Shown piece after piece: positions 57,249 to 64,000 of a DNA stretch of 64,000 bases. The DNA is from Gammaproteobacteria bacterium. GTDB taxonomy: Bacteria; Pseudomonadota; Gammaproteobacteria; Xanthomonadales; Marinicellaceae. The notes under the pieces were generated by a model. It ran no database searches and was not told the origin of the DNA. It worked only from the letters and a program-made list of their open reading frames with translations. The position numbers were made by a program, and so were the translations under genes. Within the stretch, counting starts at the first letter, position 1, and each line of letters begins with the position of its first letter. The DNA is taken from the NCBI GenBank assembly GCA_024280395.1, contig JAJRQG010000150.1:2091-66090 (forward strand), given 5' to 3'.

Positions 57249-58101
57249 GCCCGCGATCATTGTTGTTTCAATTCTACTTCTGATAGCTGTTGTCATTAAT
57301 TGGAGAGTTGAAAATAAAACTGACTTAATTGATTTGCCAAAAAACATTATTGTTCAAACCAAAGAAAAACCTATTGAGAACCCATCCACTGAAACAACAT
57401 TTACAACAATAGTTAAAAAAACCGATAAAAACACAATAATCCCAACAGTATTTGATGACGACCCCGTGGTGGACATCCAATTAATCATCAGCAACAATCG
57501 ATTCTGTTATCGTCTTTTGTCAAACATAGCCCAAACCAAAGACTATCTTGAGCAGATTAAAATGAGAGTGAACAATAAGCAGTTTACTTATTTTCAAAAC
57601 TACACACAATATTGCGAAAAATTAAAGCTAGAACATCCAGAATTCCAATTAACCAACAAACAACGCTTATTGGAACAGAACAAAGATAAGAAAGCCACCA
57701 GCCTGTGGGGGCGGATTATTAGCGGAGAACTTGATGTGGATACACTGAATAATTTAGAGATCCAATCGCTACTCAAACAAAACGATGCCAATATTTTAAG
57801 CCTTGCTCCCAAGTACTTAGAAAAATACTATGAAAAAGTCATTCACTGGGGTTTAGAAGATGCATTACAAAACCACCAATATGATTATGTAACTTACATC
57901 AGATATCACGCTCACCATGTTTACATGTGCAATATCGGTGCTGATTGCGGTAAAAATAGCTCAATAATGGCAAGGATCTGTTATCAAAATTCACTGAGTT
58001 GCGGACTCACCTTTCAAGAATACATCAAAACAGTACTTACCCAAGGCCAACAAGCTGACATTCAACTGGCTATGTCATATTTAAGAAACATTTATCAATA
58101 A
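57238..58101 (+). CDS. hypothetical membrane-anchored Cys-rich protein (paralogue B)
   Basis: N-terminal TM. Overlaps the previous ORF by 11 nt. Shares the C-x5-C-x10-C-...-CGL signature. Confidence 0.55.
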   Translation: MRIKPAIIVVSILLLIAVVINWRVENKTDLIDLPKNIIVQTKEKPIENPSTETTFTTIVKKTDKNTIIPTVFDDDPVVDIQLIISNNRFCYRLLSNIAQTKDYLEQIKMRVNNKQFTYFQNYTQYCEKLKLEHPEFQLTNKQRLLEQNKDKKATSLWGRIISGELDVDTLNNLEIQSLLKQNDANILSLAPKYLEKYYEKVIHWGLEDALQNHQYDYVTYIRYHAHHVYMCNIGADCGKNSSIMARICYQNSLSCGLTFQEYIKTVLTQGQQADIQLAMSYLRNIYQ

Positions 58102-58148
58102 GAATTCTTCATCATGTCATGATTTTATGACATTTCTCGTAAGGAGTA

Positions 58149-58416
58149 TTAAGAAAGGTCTGATAAATAGAAAAATCTCAGGCTTACATAGCTTAACAAG
58201 GTCGATTTGAATAATCGTAGGACTGGTCATTCCATTTTAAGGTTATTCAAAGAAGAGATTGTTAAGCTATGAAAGCCCCGCAGGGCAAGGCATCAAGCAT
58301 TCATCTGCTTCGTTGAAATTTTTAAATAGGGAATAACCCTGATTTTTCAAATTTCAACTCGCAGCTAAATACTTGATGACTTGATGAGAATTCTCTATTT
58401 ATCAGGCCTTCCTTAA
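58149..58416. repeat. 268-bp nested inverted-repeat element (MITE-like or structured leader)
   Basis: Outer 31-nt arms are 27/31 complementary (58149-58179 vs 58386-58416). Inside are two long hairpins: 58187-58271 (13-bp perfect catagcttaacaa/ttgttaagctatg plus tttgaataa/ttattcaaa) and 58291-58378. Confidence 0.65.
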
Positions 58417-58486
58417 ATGAGACCTTTGTAGCTCTAGTACAACTGTATCGACAATCTTAAAACTTTACAATATGGAGAAAAGAATC

Positions 58487-61270
58487 ATGTATATTCTTAA
58501 ACGATTCATCGTTTGTTTTTGTGCCATTTTTTCTATTAATGCACTTTCTGGTCCAGGCATATGGACATCGTACGGACCCGATGGCGGGCCTGTCTATGAT
58601 ATCGTAACTGACCCCACTACTGCCGGCGTTTTTTACTCTGCAACCAGAGCTGGCGTTTATAAAACCACTACCGGTGGCAACAATTGGGTTAAAATCAACA
58701 ACGGAATAACCGTTAATTCTATCAAGTCATTGGCTCACCACCAAAGTTCAACAAACATAGTCTATGCTGGCGGACTTGCTTCGGTTTTTAAAACCACGGA
58801 TGGTGGATTGAATTGGGTTAATTCTAGTACTGGATTACCTATAGATTCTTTAATAATCAACCTTTCGTTGGCACCTCTATCCAGTGATACCATATACATT
58901 TCAACTCAACCTAATGGTGTCTATAAAACGATCAATTCAGGAGTAACATGGTCGCCAGCTAATGCTGGACTTACGGCCATAGTCAATGCTGTTCGAGTTA
59001 GCCCTACAAATACAAACCGTGTCTATGCAGCAGTATCAGCCTCTACAACATCTACTCAAGCTGGCTTATTCGAAAGCACCAACGGTGGCTTATCATGGAC
59101 TAATGTCAGTTCTGGCATTGAGGCGCCCTATAACTCTGGCGACGGCGTCACCAATATTCAGTTTACAGGAATTGTCGGTGAAATGTATATCACCACATAT
59201 TCAGGTGTATACAAAAGCGATGATAATGGGCTGACCTGGCAATTCCAAACAGGTCCTAGTGGCAATAATATCGCCGTTAATCCAAGCAACAATAATGAAG
59301 TTATCATTAGTGGTTCAATCGGATTATGGGTTACTACCAATGGCGGTACTAGCTGGACACAAACACTCAGTGGTTTTCAAGGCAATGCTACCGAGGTGGC
59401 CTCTTCAACAATTGTCACCTATGACCCATTTGATCCAACATTTATTTTAGCGGGCTCCGCCGCAAATGGTGTTTACTTGAAAGCTGGTTCGTTTCCTGCT
59501 TGGGTGCCTGTCACAGATGGAATGAATGCGCAGACTATACGAGGATTAGCCATACATCCTGGCGCAAGCAATCGAATCTATGCCGCTGTAGGTGATGTTT
59601 TTTCCCCCAGTTATTTTAACTTCATTAGTACAGATTCAGGAGTCACATGGAATGAATCAAGTATGGGTTTAACTGGATTAAATTTTCGCGACATTGAAGT
59701 TGATCCATTTACAGCCACAACCATTGCTACCACCAGTATTTATGCGGTGGGTCGTGACACACCAGCAACCACCTTTGCTGGCACACTATCAAATGCCGAT
59801 GGTGGCATCTACAAAAGCAACGATGGTGGCAACACCTGGTCAACAATAGATATAGGTATTCCCTTATCACCATTTTCGCCTAATTTAAGCTATTTTGGCA
59901 CAGTTAGAGATATATCCTTAGACTTAAATAGCAGCATAGCTGGAGGACCTGTCCAAACATTATTTGTAGCAGGTTCGGGAAGGTTTCAGAGTGATGGTAC
60001 TGGGGGTTTTACAAAAATAGCGGCACGACTATACAAGTCTATTGATGCTGGGGCTACGTGGAACCCATCCGATACGGGCATCGGTGCTCCGACCACTAGC
60101 AGGTTTCCATATCCTGCTGCCGTCAAAGTTGTGATCGACCCCTCAGATTCGTCTATTATGTATGCAGCAACTTTTCTCTTTGGTTATGATTCTTCAGCCA
60201 CTGCTCCAACAATAAAAAATGGTATTTGGAAATCCACAGACGCAGGGGCAACTTGGACACATGCCAGCATCGGCATACCTACTGTTTCAGGCATTGGGAC
60301 CAGTGCTTTTAACGTTCTTTCTTTGGTAATTGATCCGATTACAACAAACCGATTATATGCATCTGTTCACGATTTAAACACTTTTGAATCACAAATTTAT
60401 AAAAGTGAAGATTCAGGAACAAGTTGGTCATTAGCCAACACAGGCATTGCGACATCCGATGTACGAGATATAATGGTTGATTCCACTGGCGTTGTCTATG
60501 CAGCAGCCGCAGGAAATTCAGGCAACCCTGGTGGAGTATATCAATCTACAGATTTTGGCACCTCTTGGCAATCAATAAGTATTGGTTTAGACAGCACAGT
60601 TAGTGCATTACAATTAAAAATTGATGAATCAGGTGTTAACCCAATACTATATGCTGGAACCACTCAATCCGTTCATTCTTTTGAGATCTTACCAGATGCC
60701 GATACCGATGGCGTTTCTAACACTACAGAATCAAGCTCTCCTAATGCTGGTGATGCTAACAATGACGGAATATCAGATGCCAATCAAAACAACGTTTCTT
60801 CTTTGCCTATGAAGGAGATTGATAATAATGTATATAATAAAATTTTCACAATAGGACTGTCAAATTTCGCCACCATCGAAGTAACACCAATAACAGGAAA
60901 CTGTAACAAACTGGAGGATGTTCAGTCTCTGAGCAATGATGATGTACCCAATGATGCCCCTCGATCCTTTGCTTATGGAATTTTCAGGTTTGAGATTGTC
61001 GATTGCCAAAACGCAGAAGTTACCCTTACATTCCATGCTGCGACTGATTTTATTGACACCGCTTGGTCGATGAGAATTTTCGCACCCGTACAAGCCGGTT
61101 CTACTGAATTTATATGGCAAAATTTTCCAACCACGATTTTGAACAATCAATGGACGATAAACCTCACCGATGGCCAACTAGGAGACATTCGCCCAAATAA
61201 TGGTCGCATCCTGTTCCAAGGAGGGGTTGGGTTTTTTAATGAAAACGTATTCGTCAATGGTTTTGAGTGA
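58487..61270 (+). CDS. secreted Asp-box/sortilin-like double beta-propeller protein with TSP3-like Ca-binding repeats
   Basis: Signal peptide MYILKRFIVCFCAIFSINALSG (GGAG 9 nt upstream; alternative ATG at 58472). 12 motifs of type T/S-x-D/N-G/S-G-x-x-W. DADTDGVSN..GDANNDGISDANQNN. Ends ..NVFVNGFE. Confidence 0.85.
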   Translation: MYILKRFIVCFCAIFSINALSGPGIWTSYGPDGGPVYDIVTDPTTAGVFYSATRAGVYKTTTGGNNWVKINNGITVNSIKSLAHHQSSTNIVYAGGLASVFKTTDGGLNWVNSSTGLPIDSLIINLSLAPLSSDTIYISTQPNGVYKTINSGVTWSPANAGLTAIVNAVRVSPTNTNRVYAAVSASTTSTQAGLFESTNGGLSWTNVSSGIEAPYNSGDGVTNIQFTGIVGEMYITTYSGVYKSDDNGLTWQFQTGPSGNNIAVNPSNNNEVIISGSIGLWVTTNGGTSWTQTLSGFQGNATEVASSTIVTYDPFDPTFILAGSAANGVYLKAGSFPAWVPVTDGMNAQTIRGLAIHPGASNRIYAAVGDVFSPSYFNFISTDSGVTWNESSMGLTGLNFRDIEVDPFTATTIATTSIYAVGRDTPATTFAGTLSNADGGIYKSNDGGNTWSTIDIGIPLSPFSPNLSYFGTVRDISLDLNSSIAGGPVQTLFVAGSGRFQSDGTGGFTKIAARLYKSIDAGATWNPSDTGIGAPTTSRFPYPAAVKVVIDPSDSSIMYAATFLFGYDSSATAPTIKNGIWKSTDAGATWTHASIGIPTVSGIGTSAFNVLSLVIDPITTNRLYASVHDLNTFESQIYKSEDSGTSWSLANTGIATSDVRDIMVDSTGVVYAAAAGNSGNPGGVYQSTDFGTSWQSISIGLDSTVSALQLKIDESGVNPILYAGTTQSVHSFEILPDADTDGVSNTTESSSPNAGDANNDGISDANQNNVSSLPMKEIDNNVYNKIFTIGLSNFATIEVTPITGNCNKLEDVQSLSNDDVPNDAPRSFAYGIFRFEIVDCQNAEVTLTFHAATDFIDTAWSMRIFAPVQAGSTEFIWQNFPTTILNNQWTINLTDGQLGDIRPNNGRILFQGGVGFFNENVFVNGFE

Positions 61271-61428
61271 ATATTTACCTTGCTAGATATTGAAACTTCA
61301 TACAAAAATAGAATTCGCTTGTATTTATTGATTTGTTTAGACTAGTCCACTAGATTCGGCTAAAATACCCTTCCAGCCGTGAATCATTAGTTATTCATTT
61401 ATAAATCAACAAAATTACACTATTTTAT

Positions 61429-62613
61429 ATGAGCAATTCAAAATTAGACTCTGTTCTTTTCGCTGGACAAAAAAAAGCCATTTTAGCCCTTGAAGACGGA
61501 ACTATTTTCAATGGGATTTCAATAGGATATGAAGGAAATTCTACTGGAGAAATCGTTTTCAACACTGCCATGTCTGGTTATCAAGAAATACTTTCAGATC
61601 CTTCTTATGCAGAGCAAATCGTTACACTGACTTACCCTCATATTGGGAATACCGGGTGCAATTCTAGCGACAATGAATCTGCTCAGACACATGTAAAAGG
61701 TCTGGTGATTAAAGATCTACCAAAGTTGGCATCTTCTTGGCGTTTTCAAGAATCACTGCAACAGTATTTAATTAAGAATAAGATTGTAGCGATTGCAGAT
61801 TTAGATACACGCGAATTAACTAAGATTTTGCGCACAAAGGGTGCGATGAAAGCCTGCATTATGACTCAAAACATTGAAGAGTTAGATGCTATCGAACAAG
61901 CCAATAATTTTTCTGGGTTAGAAAACATGGATTTAGCCATTAAAGTCACTTGCGCAAAACCCTATCAATGGCAACAAGCTGAATTCGATTTAAGCGCCAA
62001 TGATTTCAGTGAAAACAACGATAAAAAATACAAAGTAGTGTGTTATGACTATGGTGTCAAATACAATATATTGAGAATATTGGCTTCACTTAATTGTGAC
62101 ATAACAGTTGTACCAGCTGACACTTCCACCAAAGAAGTCTTAGCTATGCAACCAGATGGCATATTTCTATCCAATGGCCCTGGTGATCCAGCGGCTTGTG
62201 GTTATGCAATCCAATCAACCAGAGAAATACTGCAATCAGGTATACCCTTGTTTGGCATTTGTTTGGGGCATCAAATACTGGCACTGGCCAGTGGTGCGAA
62301 AACCACCAAAATGAAGTTTGGACACCATGGAGCCAATCACCCTGTACAAGATTTAGAAACAACAGAGGTAATGATTACTTCGCAGAACCATGGTTTTGCC
62401 GTTGATGAATCCAATATTCCAGACAATCTACAAGTCACTCATAAATCCTTATTTGATGATTCGGTACAAGGCATTAAACGCACGGATTGTTTTGCCTATA
62501 GCTTTCAAGGCCACCCAGAGGCCAGCCCAGGGCCACACGATGCAAAAAAACTATTCCTCCCATTTATACAAAAAATGAAGGACAATAAAAAACAGGAGAG
62601 CTCCAATGCCTAA
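61429..62613 (+). CDS. carA: carbamoyl-phosphate synthase small (glutaminase) subunit
   Basis: ..LFGICLGHQ.. catalytic Cys and ..[13 protein letters not shown]... 394 aa. Confidence 0.95.
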   Translation: MSNSKLDSVLFAGQKKAILALEDGTIFNGISIGYEGNSTGEIVFNTAMSGYQEILSDPSYAEQIVTLTYPHIGNTGCNSSDNESAQTHVKGLVIKDLPKLASSWRFQESLQQYLIKNKIVAIADLDTRELTKILRTKGAMKACIMTQNIEELDAIEQANNFSGLENMDLAIKVTCAKPYQWQQAEFDLSANDFSENNDKKYKVVCYDYGVKYNILRILASLNCDITVVPADTSTKEVLAMQPDGIFLSNGPGDPAACGYAIQSTREILQSGIPLFGICLGHQILALASGAKTTKMKFGHHGANHPVQDLETTEVMITSQNHGFAVDESNIPDNLQVTHKSLFDDSVQGIKRTDCFAYSFQGHPEASPGPHDAKKLFLPFIQKMKDNKKQESSNA

Positions 62614-64000
62614 ACGTACCGACATTCAAAGCATCCTCGTACTTGGAGCTGGTCCAATCGTCATCGGACAAGCATGTGAATTTGACTACTCTGGAACACA
62701 GGCCTGCAAAGCCCTAAAAGATGAAGGCTACAAAGTGATTTTGGTTAATTCCAATCCAGCTACGATAATGACCGATCCCGAAACTGCGGATCGCATTTTT
62801 ATCGAACCGATTAATTGGCAAACTGTTGCCAAAATCATTGAACAAGAACGACCAGATGCTCTACTTCCTACAATGGGCGGACAAACCGCTTTAAACTGCT
62901 CTCTTGATTTGGTTGCACGTGGTGTATTACAAAAATTCAATGTAGAAATGATTGGCGCCACACGTGAAGCCATTGATATGGCAGAAGACCGTGAATTATT
63001 CAAAAAAGCCATGACAGAAATTGGTTTGGGAACACCGGTATCCTACATGGTTCACAACATCGAAGAAGCGCGCATTGCACAGAAAAAAATTGGCTATCCT
63101 GTCATCATCCGACCCTCATTTACCATGGGCGGAACAGGTGGAGGAATCGCTTACAATTTAGAAGAATTTGAAGACATTACTGCCAATGGGTTAAAAATGT
63201 CTCCCACCTCAGAAGTCTTATTGGAAGAGTCTTTGCTGGGTTGGAAAGAATACGAAATGGAAGTAGTGCGCGATAAAAAAGACAATTGCATTATTATATG
63301 TTCAATTGAGAACTTAGACCCGATGGGCGTGCATACAGGCGATTCAATCACAGTAGCACCAGCACAAACTTTAACCGATAAAGAATACCAAATCTTGAGA
63401 GATGCCTCATTGGCAGTGTTGCGTAAGATTGGTGTAGATACAGGTGGTTCTAATGTGCAATTTTCTATCAACCCAGAAAATGGCCGTGTGATTGTTATTG
63501 AAATGAATCCTCGTGTTTCGCGTTCATCAGCGCTGGCATCAAAAGCAACAGGGTTTCCCATTGCCAAAGTTGCCGCCAAATTGGCGGTCGGTTATACCTT
63601 GGATGAACTGCAAAATGAAATTACTGGCGGTGCAACACCTGCATCGTTTGAGCCAAGTATAGATTATGTCGTCACAAAAATACCACGTTTTGCATTTGAA
63701 AAATTTGCCAAAGCCGATAATCATTTAACCACTCAAATGAAATCCGTTGGCGAAGTAATGGCCATTGGTCGCACCTTTAGTGAATCATTACAAAAAGCCT
63801 TGCGTGGATTAGAAACTGGATTAAATGGATTAGATTCAATAGTTAATCAAGCCGACATTGATGAAGGATTTGATATAAACAAAGAGTTGCGAGAACCCAC
63901 TTCTGATAGACTTTTATATGTAGGTGATGCGTTTAGATTGGGTTACAGCGTGGAGAAACTATTTGAAATTTCTGCCATTGATCCTTGGTTTTTAAAACAA
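62606..64000 (+). CDS. carB: carbamoyl-phosphate synthase large subunit, N-terminal 465 codons; the gene runs off the right edge
   Basis: My translation from ATG 62606: [59 protein letters not shown].. The start overlaps the carA end by 8 nt. Confidence 0.95.
   Translation, partial: MPKRTDIQSILVLGAGPIVIGQACEFDYSGTQACKALKDEGYKVILVNSNPATIMTDPETADRIFIEPINWQTVAKIIEQERPDALLPTMGGQTALNCSLDLVARGVLQKFNVEMIGATREAIDMAEDRELFKKAMTEIGLGTPVSYMVHNIEEARIAQKKIGYPVIIRPSFTMGGTGGGIAYNLEEFEDITANGLKMSPTSEVLLEESLLGWKEYEMEVVRDKKDNCIIICSIENLDPMGVHTGDSITVAPAQTLTDKEYQILRDASLAVLRKIGVDTGGSNVQFSINPENGRVIVIEMNPRVSRSSALASKATGFPIAKVAAKLAVGYTLDELQNEITGGATPASFEPSIDYVVTKIPRFAFEKFAKADNHLTTQMKSVGEVMAIGRTFSESLQKALRGLETGLNGLDSIVNQADIDEGFDINKELREPTSDRLLYVGDAFRLGYSVEKLFEISAIDPWFLKQ

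Noticed and set aside
61380-61397. ARG-box-like TGAAT...ATTCA upstream of carA
   Set aside because: The half-sites are separated by 8 nt (TGAATcattagttATTCA) instead of the 4 nt in the canonical TGAATwwwwATTCA box, and there is only one copy.
1-64000. Prophage, integrative island, defence system, CRISPR, rRNA or tRNA genes
   Set aside because: I recognised no integrase, transposase, phage structural, restriction-modification, toxin-antitoxin or cas-like translations, and no tRNA cloverleaf candidates in the intergenic regions. The accessory content appears limited to secreted-protein genes and miniature repeats.

Overview
AT-rich (by eye, not computed) gammaproteobacterial chromosome. The backbone is housekeeping: gltBD, dusA, nrdAB, aroKB, purHD, fis, prmA, accBC, aroQ and carAB, in an order resembling the Pseudomonas accB-accC-prmA-...-fis-purH-purD block. 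Between these lie accessory patches encoding large secreted or envelope proteins: two Asp-box/sortilin-like propellers, an M36 fungalysin, a DUF5117-type Zn-protease, a CSLREA beta-helix protein and a DUF4331 protein. There are also an ECF sigma/ChrR-like pair, a ToxR-like membrane regulator, two tandem type IV pilin paralogues and a GxxExxY cassette. I found no rRNA, tRNA, CRISPR array, transposase or integrase. The most interesting signals are: (1) three unrelated secreted proteins all end in the same peptide, hydrophobic3-x-NGFE-stop, a candidate undescribed sorting tag. (2) A 160-bp TA-flanked MITE sits in frame inside the signal-peptide codons of one of them. (3) Other palindromic miniature elements occur in the nrdB-nrdA spacer and upstream of the 58.5-kb propeller gene. 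(4) The GxxExxY gene is bracketed by GC-rich 30-nt inverted repeats next to a (CAAAAGAT)6 array. (5) A Cys-rich membrane-anchored paralogue pair lies divergent from the ToxR-like regulator. All functional calls rest on motif recognition in the supplied translations; no database search was possible.
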